Sequence record: NC_010155.1 | Direction: 5' to 3' (one strand) | Length of the DNA: 40,449 bases | Shown: piece by piece, positions 25,992-35,970 of the stretch | Layout: each line of letters starts with the position of its first letter | How positions within the stretch are numbered: the first letter of the stretch is position 1 | Notes under the pieces: generated by a model | The model's input: the letters and a program-made list of their open reading frames with translations, nothing else | What the model was told of the DNA's origin: nothing | The model's database searches: none | Made by a program: the position numbers and the translations under genes

Positions 25992-26423
25992 ATGAGTTAC
26001 TATTACCAAGAAGAAATAGTTGACATTACTGACATTTTCGAAGTACTGAACGTCATAAAAACAACAAATCCAGCACAATATAGACAATTATACGTGAATA
26101 CTGTATACCAGTTCCTTTACATACTCTCGAACTACTTGAGCTATTTCCCGCCTGGAACTTTCACATTGTTTGAAAGTGATTCCCTCACAGTTCGAATAGT
26201 TAACAATACAATACAAGCAATATATAATGGATCACTCGTGTTAGGCTTATTACAAATAGCACAAGTGATATCATCAGTACTTAGTTACGATTTCGCTCTA
26301 CTCAACTCATTCCTCTCGGCAGTATATTACAATTTAGTACAAATAGCACGTCAAATAGTACCTCCAGATAATGTGAAACAATACCTACAAGATTTATATA
26401 ACACACTAACAAGTAAAGTATAA
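25992..26423 (+). CDS. Helical hydrophobic probable structural protein, 143 aa
   Basis: Operon context. Confidence 0.85.
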   Translation: MSYYYQEEIVDITDIFEVLNVIKTTNPAQYRQLYVNTVYQFLYILSNYLSYFPPGTFTLFESDSLTVRIVNNTIQAIYNGSLVLGLLQIAQVISSVLSYDFALLNSFLSAVYYNLVQIARQIVPPDNVKQYLQDLYNTLTSKV

Positions 26424-26424
26424 T

Positions 26425-26781
26425 ATGGGTTGCGAACAAGTTAAAAAAATGTTGGATGACATGGAAGACGGAGTAATAAAAAGTTCACACTATGAAATGA
26501 TTGCATACCAAAAAGTAGGAGATAACATGATGATAAAAGGCAAATTATTCCTAAAGGGAGTGAACAAGTTAAGACAAGTGACGAAAGATAATTTCAAGAT
26601 TGAAATATACTCAGGAATAGACTTAAACGGACAACGACTCCTAATAATAAGAGAAGTAACAAACACTATCGCAAGAAAGGATAAACAGACAATTCACGTG
26701 GAGAATTGCGACTTATACATAACTAGATTATCACCAAATGCAGAAAGTGTGATGGTAGATCTACTCAAGCAGGCTGAATAA
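26425..26781 (+). CDS. Hypothetical protein, 118 aa
   Basis: Operon context; converges with the GT-A gene. Confidence 0.8.
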   Translation: MGCEQVKKMLDDMEDGVIKSSHYEMIAYQKVGDNMMIKGKLFLKGVNKLRQVTKDNFKIEIYSGIDLNGQRLLIIREVTNTIARKDKQTIHVENCDLYITRLSPNAESVMVDLLKQAE

Positions 26782-27322
26782 TATACTTGTCGTTAACCAC
26801 GTATTTTTTTCCGTTCACGAAATGATAAGTACCCGGAATAACTTTTGCGATGGGAACGAGACGAGAGAAGAGATAAATATCAACAAAATGGGTCCTGTAC
26901 AACTCATTCTTAATATACTCGTCCATAACATCCCTAGCGAATTTTAGGAAAGATGAAGGAATGAAAAGATTAGTGGACATACAGAAAAGTGTAACGTCGT
27001 CCGAAGGCTTAGCCCTAGCTGGTATGCAGAAAGAGTAAATATTCCTAGGTAAATCGACAGGAGGAATGTAGACGTCACTATCAACTAGAAATAAGTCGTC
27101 GTTAATCCTAGAGAATATTTCCCTTAGAAGAAAAGCTATCCTATATCTTCTAGACTCCCAACTGTCGTCACTTACACCACTACTAACGTGAATTATGTTC
27201 GGATGAATGTTAGTATAATCAACTCTTTCCAAGCACTGGTTATAGTCATCGTCTACAAAAACGAGATCGTAGTTCATTAGAGGAAAATAGCAAAAGTTAC
27301 CCCCAAAAGTAACGACTTTCAT
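26765..27322 (-). CDS. Putative GT-A fold glycosyltransferase, 185 aa
   Basis: LVFVDDD and LFLVDSD (DxD) motifs. Confidence 0.6.
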   Translation of the reverse strand: MKVVTFGGNFCYFPLMNYDLVFVDDDYNQCLERVDYTNIHPNIIHVSSGVSDDSWESRRYRIAFLLREIFSRINDDLFLVDSDVYIPPVDLPRNIYSFCIPARAKPSDDVTLFCMSTNLFIPSSFLKFARDVMDEYIKNELYRTHFVDIYLFSRLVPIAKVIPGTYHFVNGKKYVVNDKYIIQPA

Positions 27323-28536
27323 GTCTGCGCTTGTACCTCATATTCAAAGTTAATTGTGAGAGTAACTTGTTGACTTAACGAGGCGTTAATATCCAGAGTC
27401 ACTACTACATTAAGCGTTTGTCCACCGTAATAGTCCTCTAGGTTGAACTCAGCAAAAGTCTGTCCTTCTAGAACGTTAACTTGTTGTGATGCTACAACTA
27501 CGCCAGATGACGTTTCAATATCAATCGTGATCGTAAATGTAGTGAATCCACTCGTACATGGGGTAGTTGAACATGAGAGCGAATATGATGGGATAATCTT
27601 AAAGTACCCAACTGGTACTAGCAACGTGTAAGTCTTTTGTATTGATCCGTTGAACGGCGTTTGAACGCTGAAAACGTACTCCTGTGGGTTTAGGATGTTA
27701 TTGTACCCTGTCACGTTAAACACGAATATTTGAGATATCTGACAAGATGTGTTTGCATAAGGTATAGCAATGACTTGACTCCACGTTATTTGATAGTCGT
27801 TGTTTGCGGTCCCGGTAAAAGTTACTGAATCAAGTTCACTTACTGATGTCATTGAAATGTTGGTAGCAGTTATTGAACCAGAATTGAGGGTTGCCGTAAC
27901 AGAATACGAGGTCAAATCTGATGGTCCGCCCGATACACTCATTATACTAACGTATCCTGATTCACTGTAGTTCACAGTTACAGAATAAGATAGTGATTGA
28001 TTGTAGAAGTAAAGTGGCTCAATGTAATAAGTAATTGGCTGTGAAAAGAATGCAACATCACCTATTGACGCAAAGCCATAATAGGGAATCGTTACAGATA
28101 TTTCAATACTAGCAGTACCACTTGGAACTGGTACAGCAATCATATAATATGTGCCACTCCCTGCACTAAGAGAAATTGAATATGAGTAAGAACCTATACT
28201 TGAGCCACTAGTATTAAGGAAATCGATAGTAATTGTAAAAGTTGCACTACTTGGTAAAGAAGATGATCCAATATAATACAAACTCCCTATTACAACAACC
28301 CAGACATTCTCAGGATTATAAACAAGCTCACTATAAGGTACTGTTACCGTGATTGTAGCTGTGGCTGTAGCTGATTCACCAGTAGTAAAAGCCAAACCAT
28401 ATCCACAATTACCGCATGGATCACCTACATATCCAGAATATGATGCACCAACACTTCCTCCACTAGCTGAGAATATGCCAGTTTCTATTGGATTACAGAC
28501 ATTGTACCATGCTATTTGAATTCCCATAATTAACAA
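27319..28536 (-). CDS. S/T/Y-rich beta protein, 405 aa (probable terminal/tail structural protein)
   Basis: Low-charge composition; adjacent to the giant adhesin. Confidence 0.85.
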   Translation of the reverse strand: MLIMGIQIAWYNVCNPIETGIFSASGGSVGASYSGYVGDPCGNCGYGLAFTTGESATATATITVTVPYSELVYNPENVWVVVIGSLYYIGSSSLPSSATFTITIDFLNTSGSSIGSYSYSISLSAGSGTYYMIAVPVPSGTASIEISVTIPYYGFASIGDVAFFSQPITYYIEPLYFYNQSLSYSVTVNYSESGYVSIMSVSGGPSDLTSYSVTATLNSGSITATNISMTSVSELDSVTFTGTANNDYQITWSQVIAIPYANTSCQISQIFVFNVTGYNNILNPQEYVFSVQTPFNGSIQKTYTLLVPVGYFKIIPSYSLSCSTTPCTSGFTTFTITIDIETSSGVVVASQQVNVLEGQTFAEFNLEDYYGGQTLNVVVTLDINASLSQQVTLTINFEYEVQAQT

Positions 28537-28556
28537 CTCGTGCTAAATTATTTAAA

Positions 28557-31500
28557 TCATTGTGAGATGTGCAACGTTCTTGCATCGAAAAGCCACTGTG
28601 CATATTGCCCACCAGTAGCTCCAGCTACTGCTAGATAATAAGTACCACTAGATGGAGCAGAGAAATCACTACCTAGAGAAGTACAACCAGTAACGAATTG
28701 ATTATTAGGTATAAAGAACATTGTATAGCACACTTCATTTGACGATGGAATATAACTCACTATGTAAAACATCTCATCACCAGATTGTACATTAGTATTA
28801 AACGTCCCACTTCCAGCACCACACACAATCTCAGTAACAGATGTACCATTAACAACAGAGATATTCACTCCTGTACCTACTTGATTTCCAGCACATGGTT
28901 CAGCCCAGTATGGATCATATTGAACTAATATAGTTGGACTTGAGGTTTCAGGAATTGACATACTTCCTTGAAATTTACAACCAGAAATTGAGGGAGCAAC
29001 AATATTAGATGTATTAAATCCACTCGAGAATATTGCAAAAGCAAAACCATCAGCAGGACACGAAGATGGATTAGACGGCATAAACAAACCACTAACTGTA
29101 AAGACGTTACCTTGCGTGTATGAGTAAGAGAATATAATACCACCATATTGTCCAGTAGTTGGCGAAGTGAGAGTATCCATAAGTGAACTATACGTGTTAT
29201 AAAGAACAAACGTAGTCCTAGCATCACTATAAAAAGCATCAATATATGGTCCAACTCCAACATACAGCGGAAGTGATGGAGTAGATATATTATAGTAAGT
29301 TAATGAATCATCGGCAGTTGATAAATCAGGAGGTCCATTCCATGGAGTCCACCATCCAACAAGATTATCAGAAAAGAGTAAGGGATCAATTGAATATGGA
29401 CCCATTTGATATATTTCTTGAATTTGTGACGCCGATAAGGCAGTATTAAACACTGCAACCCACGCAATATCACCATTGAAATATCCTGATGAACCCTCAC
29501 GTGACCAACATCCATATCCTATCCATAAGTAATAAGGATAAGGAGGTAGAAGACCACTAGATTCAGTAACAGAACCAATTTCCTGTCCATCTACGTAAAG
29601 AGTTATAGAATTATTAGAAGGATTAAGTACAACAACTGCAAGATGCCAATTTCCATCGTTATACGTACCAGACGTAGTTATACCTGTACCAGGACAACAG
29701 TAGCTAGTAGATAATTGACCATTAACAATTTGAAGTATATTATCAAAATATTCATAACATGTAGTCGTAGCACTTTGTTCATCGTAAAGTATTACACCAT
29801 TACCAGAAGTAGTTCTAAACCACACCGCATAAGTTACGGGAAAATTAAACGTATGGCTAGATGAAGCAACTTGAGGTAATTCAACCACCATATATGAATT
29901 TACACCATTAAACTCCCAGTAACTATTATCAATGTAACCAGATTGCGAAGCAGGAAATGGAGGAGCAATCATTGGATAAACTCTAGCGAAATGGTAAGTG
30001 AGAGTCAAATTACCAGTTGCATCACTATACGCAGTGCCAAGATACATGTAAACGTTACCAGAAATAGACTGATTCGGCAAACTACTAACTAACGTCACTC
30101 TATTAACAACTAGGGAAACATTATTATTCTGGTAAAATAAACCACTAATGAGCTTCCTAAATGGATAATTAATACCAATAACAGCATAAGTTGCATAACT
30201 AGTCTCACAGAACGAAGAGGACGAAGAAGGACATGATGATGGACATGTCAAGGATTGCGTACCTAATTCAACAACGTAATATGGAACACAATTACCATTA
30301 ATACTAAAATCTGCAGTCTCTTGAGGAGATGAAGATGAAATTACACCATCAGTAAAAGCATATTCTGCCCCATTCCCAACACTAATTGACGGCTGAGCAG
30401 TTCTAATGTTAGTTATAAAATTAGACGTAGAAGACATTACTTCAAACATGTAACCCTCTCCAAAGGTTTGCTTAGATTGCAAAACAACGTAACCAGTCTG
30501 CCCTTGACTAACGTTAATAATCAGATCATTATTAACTTCATAAGAGTAATCGCCACTCACGTATAGATTCCATATATCCGTGTTAAGACTAGTACCACAG
30601 AAATTGTCATAAAGAGTAAATATCTTACTCCCATTATCATTACTACAACCAGCAATTTCCTTATATGCACCAGCAACTCCATCGTAAACAAAACTTGAAT
30701 CACCAACCCATACATCAATCTGAATTACAGTAGAAAGATCAGTAGGAAGTACAACCCACATGAGCGCACTACCACCAACTATCTCCTCAACCCACGTATA
30801 CATTTCGGCACCATTATACGACAGCCTAACATTAGAGTAAGTTGAATTAGCACCATCAACATATATCCAAATTGGAATTGGGTAACCAGATGGGATAGTA
30901 GTACTAGTATTATTGAAAAGATAAATCGTGTAACTAGTAGTATAACATTGATACTTTGCATCGGCAAAAGGACAACTTATAAAAGTACCGGAAAGAATAG
31001 TCTCAAAATTAGTAGTAGATTCTGGAGACACAACAGCAGTAATTTGTTGATAAACTGAAGAAACCATAATACTCTCACTTTGAGAGGAAGAAATGGGGAA
31101 CTGGGTAGGAGTAACTTTCTCCTGAACGTAAGAGACCATAGTTGTCTCACTCTGCGCAGTCTTTAAACTCGTCACAACTTCTTTAACAGTCTCATATATC
31201 ACGGAATTTAGGAACTCCTCACTAGCGGAAGTGGAAATTGGAACTAGTGCCTTTTGAACTACTTCATAAACTGTAGAAATAAGGAATTCCTCACTAGCAG
31301 AAACAGAAACGGACTTAAGAACTTCAGTAACAACAGAATACGCAATCATTTCAATTATTGGTTTAATAGCACTCGTATACTCTGACACTAACTCTGGCGT
31401 AATAGTACGTATCATGTCTGCAACTAAGAGAATCTGAGATACTGAAGTAGGAACGGACTGTATGACAATCGTAGGCTTAATGAATTTTATTTGTAGAATT

Positions 31501-32606
31501 GGAATTGAGGATACAGTAACTTCACTTTCTTGAACGAGTTTAACTATAGGTTGGAAATATGCACTTACAGAAATGGAGGATGCAGTAACGTATTCCGAGA
31601 ATACTTGTTTCGAAACAGGATAAGAAAAGTAAACTGTTTGAATACTCCTACTAGCAGTAACGCTCTCAACTTCTCTTATGAGAGTAACAGGGTAAATGAA
31701 ATTCACATCCAACACGGGCAAAGTAGTAGTAACAACGTAATACAAGGTAAAGGAAACACTTTCTTCAACAGTTTCAGTCTCTGTCATATGAGAAGGAGCT
31801 TCCTTAATGGAAAGCAAATCACTGGGCAACACGTACTCATTCTGAGGCACTTGTTGAACTACACCAGTAGGCGTTTCTTGATAATCATAAACAGCATCAG
31901 TAGGATCCACGATATCTATTCCCAACATGTAATAACAAATACAACCGGGACATACTTCGGGACATGGTTTAGATACAACTAATATGTTTGGAGGAGTAAT
32001 AGTAGTAGGTGGTGGTGGAGGAGGTGGAGGTGGAATGGAAGTTGGTGGAACTGAAGTGGGATAAGTCACTTGAAAGGAAATAGGAGGAGGGGGAGTAATG
32101 TAACTAAATGTGGAAACTGTAGTGGGAGGAAGTGTAGACGGTATAATAACAACTGAACCCTCATTTACAAACCAAAGTTCCTCACTTGCAGTAACTCCGG
32201 GAGGAACGCAAAAACCAGTAGGAGAAGAACAAGGTTGCCCAATATCATTAGCTTGAACATTCTCATAGTATGTGTACTTTTTAACTGGATAGTTTTGAGG
32301 AAAAACCAAATCCCTAACAGTAACTTGCTCCTTTCCTCGAAGAGTTTCAAGATGTGCAGGAAACATTTGCATTTGATCAAATACTGGAATATATTCAGTG
32401 CCAATCATACTCACAGCACTAGCAACAAGTATAGTAACGTGATCCTTCGCCTCAGCAATGTAATGAGCTAAAGCACATTGAATACAACAATCATAAAACT
32501 GTTCAAAAGTAGGCTGGTTTATGCATTGTTGAAAACACTCAACATCACTACATTCCCAATTAGGAGTAGGAGTACAAGATGCATTAGGTAACTCTCCACA
32601 AGACAT
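28557..32606 (-). CDS. Giant modular adhesin/terminal fibre, 1349 aa (Cys-rich head, Pro linker, S/V/E repeats, DUF2341-like, LamG, L-type lectin-like)
   Basis: LamG: WEFNGVNSY...AVWFRT...DGNWHL...LYVDG...FNGDIAWVAVFNTALS. Lectin-like: ADGFAFAIF...VQYDPY. DUF2341-like: YTWVEE...WVVLP...IFTLYDNF. Confidence 0.85.
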   Translation of the reverse strand: MSCGELPNASCTPTPNWECSDVECFQQCINQPTFEQFYDCCIQCALAHYIAEAKDHVTILVASAVSMIGTEYIPVFDQMQMFPAHLETLRGKEQVTVRDLVFPQNYPVKKYTYYENVQANDIGQPCSSPTGFCVPPGVTASEELWFVNEGSVVIIPSTLPPTTVSTFSYITPPPPISFQVTYPTSVPPTSIPPPPPPPPPTTITPPNILVVSKPCPEVCPGCICYYMLGIDIVDPTDAVYDYQETPTGVVQQVPQNEYVLPSDLLSIKEAPSHMTETETVEESVSFTLYYVVTTTLPVLDVNFIYPVTLIREVESVTASRSIQTVYFSYPVSKQVFSEYVTASSISVSAYFQPIVKLVQESEVTVSSIPILQIKFIKPTIVIQSVPTSVSQILLVADMIRTITPELVSEYTSAIKPIIEMIAYSVVTEVLKSVSVSASEEFLISTVYEVVQKALVPISTSASEEFLNSVIYETVKEVVTSLKTAQSETTMVSYVQEKVTPTQFPISSSQSESIMVSSVYQQITAVVSPESTTNFETILSGTFISCPFADAKYQCYTTSYTIYLFNNTSTTIPSGYPIPIWIYVDGANSTYSNVRLSYNGAEMYTWVEEIVGGSALMWVVLPTDLSTVIQIDVWVGDSSFVYDGVAGAYKEIAGCSNDNGSKIFTLYDNFCGTSLNTDIWNLYVSGDYSYEVNNDLIINVSQGQTGYVVLQSKQTFGEGYMFEVMSSTSNFITNIRTAQPSISVGNGAEYAFTDGVISSSSPQETADFSINGNCVPYYVVELGTQSLTCPSSCPSSSSSFCETSYATYAVIGINYPFRKLISGLFYQNNNVSLVVNRVTLVSSLPNQSISGNVYMYLGTAYSDATGNLTLTYHFARVYPMIAPPFPASQSGYIDNSYWEFNGVNSYMVVELPQVASSSHTFNFPVTYAVWFRTTSGNGVILYDEQSATTTCYEYFDNILQIVNGQLSTSYCCPGTGITTSGTYNDGNWHLAVVVLNPSNNSITLYVDGQEIGSVTESSGLLPPYPYYLWIGYGCWSREGSSGYFNGDIAWVAVFNTALSASQIQEIYQMGPYSIDPLLFSDNLVGWWTPWNGPPDLSTADDSLTYYNISTPSLPLYVGVGPYIDAFYSDARTTFVLYNTYSSLMDTLTSPTTGQYGGIIFSYSYTQGNVFTVSGLFMPSNPSSCPADGFAFAIFSSGFNTSNIVAPSISGCKFQGSMSIPETSSPTILVQYDPYWAEPCAGNQVGTGVNISVVNGTSVTEIVCGAGSGTFNTNVQSGDEMFYIVSYIPSSNEVCYTMFFIPNNQFVTGCTSLGSDFSAPSSGTYYLAVAGATGGQYAQWLFDARTLHISQ

Positions 32607-32632
32607 AATATAATAAAGGGAAAAAGTAGTTT

Positions 32633-33514
32633 ATGAGTTTGTATGTTAGAAACATCATAGGGAATGGTTGCCAATCAGTAATAATAAACTTTAACGTGAG
32701 TGGAAACCTCACAGTTAACACGAAAGTAATAAAACCACCATTAATACTAACACCATGGAACGTATCAATAAAATACGATGATGTACTATGGGCTTCATAC
32801 AACATAGACACGTCAAGCAGTGATGACGTGTATAATTTCAGTACCGTCACGGAAAGAAAGCTTAACTACATAGAAATATACTTCTGTAATGCTAATGGGC
32901 ACCAATTAACAAGTGATGAGATTCAAGTTCAAATTACAGTAACTGATAATACAACGGGCAACACAATATACAACGACAACATAGTAATAGAAATTAATGT
33001 GGATCCAATAGAGCCAGTACCCATATTCATTCCAATAAGTGTGAACACACCAACAAAAGAGGAAACAGTACCAGTACCCGCAGGAACAACTATACCATTC
33101 CAACAAGAGATAAACATCACGTACACTCCCGTCACCCTTTATTTCTCACTCTCGACACCGAATACTTTCCTATTCAAGTTATATTTCACAATGTGCGGTC
33201 AAACATATGAGGTGGAAAATCCATCAATAGTATATCCTGGCGGATGCATAACAGAGGAAAATGAATACGTGTGTACTAAATGTAACCCAAACGGATTCTG
33301 TTATAACATTGTATACCCATTTACAAAAACACCAATATATAATAAAAATGGACAAATTGTGGGTTACCAAACAACAATCTCAAACACATTTTACATTCTA
33401 TTTAAAATAACTATCACATCACCATGTAGTGGAACTATTAACTGGACTCTTGTGCCAGAACTTGTGACTGGAAGTGGTGGAACAGCAGTAATGAACGTTA
33501 CTTTCTCAGAATGA
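32633..33514 (+). CDS. Beta-rich probable structural protein, 293 aa
   Basis: T/I/V/N-rich with several Cys; divergent from the adhesin. Confidence 0.85.
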   Translation: MSLYVRNIIGNGCQSVIINFNVSGNLTVNTKVIKPPLILTPWNVSIKYDDVLWASYNIDTSSSDDVYNFSTVTERKLNYIEIYFCNANGHQLTSDEIQVQITVTDNTTGNTIYNDNIVIEINVDPIEPVPIFIPISVNTPTKEETVPVPAGTTIPFQQEINITYTPVTLYFSLSTPNTFLFKLYFTMCGQTYEVENPSIVYPGGCITEENEYVCTKCNPNGFCYNIVYPFTKTPIYNKNGQIVGYQTTISNTFYILFKITITSPCSGTINWTLVPELVTGSGGTAVMNVTFSE

Positions 33515-33551
33515 GTAAAACAAATATAACGGGACAAAGGATATTGAAAAT

Positions 33552-34046
33552 ATGAAGCTCAAACAGCCCGTGACGATAACAGGAATTGCCACAATAAGAA
33601 TAAAACATTTAGACACGGGAAAAGTGGAAGAGTACACAACGACGAATATAATGACTAATGCAGGATTAAACGAAATAGCATCACATTGGGTATTGCCATG
33701 GACAATGCCAAGTAATTACGGTTATGTAATGGAAGTGGGAAGTGGAACTGGAACCCCATCAAACACAGACACTGGAATGTTCTCACCAATATATCCATGT
33801 TTTGAATACGTATCACCCTCAGTTTCAGGAAACCAAATCACATTCGTAGCAAGCTACTTACCATCACAATGTAACGGATATACTTTCCAAGAAGCAGGAA
33901 TAGCTTTCCCAGCACAATTACAAGAATCAAACGGACAAATAACAGGAGTATCAGGAACATTAGTAGACCATCTAGTATTCCCAATAGCAGTACAAAAAAC
34001 TTCGTCTATTTATCTCGAAATCATAATAACATTCGTGATAGTGTGA
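33552..34046 (+). CDS. 164-aa protein resembling the N-terminal attachment domain of tailed-phage fibres
   Basis: NIMTNAG...VGSGTGTPSNTDT...NGYTFQEAGI...LVFPIAVQKT. Gene is confident; family call is tentative. Confidence 0.7.
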   Translation: MKLKQPVTITGIATIRIKHLDTGKVEEYTTTNIMTNAGLNEIASHWVLPWTMPSNYGYVMEVGSGTGTPSNTDTGMFSPIYPCFEYVSPSVSGNQITFVASYLPSQCNGYTFQEAGIAFPAQLQESNGQITGVSGTLVDHLVFPIAVQKTSSIYLEIIITFVIV

Positions 34047-34837
34047 TGAAATCAATATACACACAATGCAGAAATTGCAGTTACGAATGGGTAGTAGATC
34101 AAACAATATATTACATGAAAAAGTACCACAACATCGAACTACTAAAATCATACTTCAGACCAGCACACATATACGTTGGAGATTGTAACACAATCTTCCA
34201 AGTAGCCAGCGAAGGTATTGCGTGGTGCGATACGCCTAGCGATGTTACAGCCAAACCATCACAAGGTCTAAAAGTAATTACAACATCAACGTGGTTAAAA
34301 GAACACATGGAGAAAAAGGGAATTCACGTAGAACAAGTAATACCGAGAGGAGTAAATGACGAAATGGCACAAAGATTCGTAAACTTTGATTACAACGCTA
34401 GGAGAGGGTACATTATTATAGGAAAAAATAGACCATACAAAAACATAGACAAGGTGATACAGTTGTTCGAAGGAAGAAGAGCAGAACTAACAGTCATCAG
34501 TGACCATCCGTCATCAGATTTTAACTTCTTCTCACTCCCTGAAAATGTAAAATATTACCTTCTATCACACTCACTATTTTACATAGCAGTTAGTGACGCA
34601 GAAGGATTCAACATTCCCCCAGTTGAGGCAATGAGCGTTGGAACACCACTAATTTACGTGAACAAACATGCGTATAAAGACTATGCATGCGGAATAGAAA
34701 TAGATGATGTTAACGATATAAGAAAGATAGAAATTTCAAGAGAAGAGTGGGAAGACCTAAGCTGGAAGTGCTTTTATCGATCTTTGAGGTACTACTACAT
34801 AACAATTGGTCAAGAATTGTGGGGATGGTTAAAATAA
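34043..34837 (+). CDS. GT-B (GT4-like) glycosyltransferase, 264 aa
   Basis: SDAEGFNIPPVEAMSVGTP; N-terminal CRNCSY shared with the 279-aa paralogue. Confidence 0.9.
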   Translation: MMKSIYTQCRNCSYEWVVDQTIYYMKKYHNIELLKSYFRPAHIYVGDCNTIFQVASEGIAWCDTPSDVTAKPSQGLKVITTSTWLKEHMEKKGIHVEQVIPRGVNDEMAQRFVNFDYNARRGYIIIGKNRPYKNIDKVIQLFEGRRAELTVISDHPSSDFNFFSLPENVKYYLLSHSLFYIAVSDAEGFNIPPVEAMSVGTPLIYVNKHAYKDYACGIEIDDVNDIRKIEISREEWEDLSWKCFYRSLRYYYITIGQELWGWLK

Positions 34838-34864
34838 TAAGTGAGAAAAAACAAAATGTAAAGC

Positions 34865-35284
34865 ATGGGATTCGTTCGCCACGACCCTAAAGAGTTAATA
34901 TGGCAAAGTGACATCGCTTTCGCACTGCATGCGCCAGATGATTTCCTCGTTGTAAATGTAGCTAGAGAAATAGAAAACCCAAAAGCGAAAATGTGGCTAA
35001 AATATGACGACTTTGTACCGATCGACGCTGAAGACTTGCTAACAGTAGCTGAAGTTGTCAAGTCAAGATTTGAAAGAGAGCAAAAGACGCTTATACACTG
35101 TATAGCTGGTGTCCATCGCAGTGTAACGTTTGCCCTAGCGTCACTTATGTACGTGTACAACGTAAAGATAAAGGAGGCAATGAGAATGTTATGCCCACCA
35201 TGCATTGACTTTAATACTTACGTGCACGAAATACCATATCATTTTTTATCCCTAGAAGAGTTTTATACTAGGTACATGAGGTGA
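34865..35284 (+). CDS. Dual-specificity/tyrosine phosphatase (CX5R), 139 aa
   Basis: LIHCIAGVHRS P-loop. Confidence 0.92.
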   Translation: MGFVRHDPKELIWQSDIAFALHAPDDFLVVNVAREIENPKAKMWLKYDDFVPIDAEDLLTVAEVVKSRFEREQKTLIHCIAGVHRSVTFALASLMYVYNVKIKEAMRMLCPPCIDFNTYVHEIPYHFLSLEEFYTRYMR

Positions 35285-35291
35285 GTAAAAA

Positions 35292-35489
35292 ATGGGAGAC
35301 GATATAATAATAGATGCAATAGCAGTAACTGGTGCAATAATAATAGCATCTCTTCTAATACTAATCTCAGCAACAAATCCCTCACTATTCAACAACCAGT
35401 ACTATGATAACATGTTAAACGAATTAATTATAGCTATCGCATCAGTCATATCATATACACTTGGTAAAAACGCAAGAAGATCAGGATGA
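35292..35489 (+). CDS. Small two-TM membrane protein, 65 aa
   Basis: AGGTGAG SD; two hydrophobic segments. Confidence 0.8.
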   Translation: MGDDIIIDAIAVTGAIIIASLLILISATNPSLFNNQYYDNMLNELIIAIASVISYTLGKNARRSG

Positions 35490-35496
35490 ATGAAAA

Positions 35497-35970
35497 ATGG
35501 AGAGTATTGAGGAGTATTTCAAAAAAAGAGAATGTGATTACTGGAGAGAGTATCCACACTCATATGGCATGCTTAACGTGTACCAACGTAGTATACAGAT
35601 AGTGGGAGCTGATTGTGGTTCGTCGGCTCTCTATTTCCTGTTAAGAGGAGCATCATTCGTCGTTCAATACGAGAAAGAAGAACACCTACGAAAAAAATGG
35701 GAAGAAGTTTGTGCTTATTTCAACATTTGCAACAAGGCAGTAATGAAGGGAGAATGGGATGGAGTGTACGAGAACGTTGACATCTTTGTAATGGATTGTG
35801 AAGGGTGCGAGGAAAAGCTGAACGTAAACATGCTTACCAGATACAAACAATGGTGCGTAGGAATACACGATTGGACAAAGAATCGTGTTGAGCTAATGAG
35901 AAAAATGGAAGGAGCAACTTTCACTTATGTGAGTGATGACGGAAGAGAAATAACTCTTTGTAAAATTTAA
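35497..35970 (+). CDS. SAM-dependent methyltransferase (FkbM-like), 157 aa
   Basis: IVGADCGSSALYF (motif I), QYEK (motif II), MDCEGCE. Confidence 0.8.
   Translation: MESIEEYFKKRECDYWREYPHSYGMLNVYQRSIQIVGADCGSSALYFLLRGASFVVQYEKEEHLRKKWEEVCAYFNICNKAVMKGEWDGVYENVDIFVMDCEGCEEKLNVNMLTRYKQWCVGIHDWTKNRVELMRKMEGATFTYVSDDGREITLCKI

Noticed and set aside
32005-32100. GGT/GGA-rich tract resembling a microsatellite
   Set aside because: It simply encodes the poly-Pro/Thr hinge of the 1349-aa protein.
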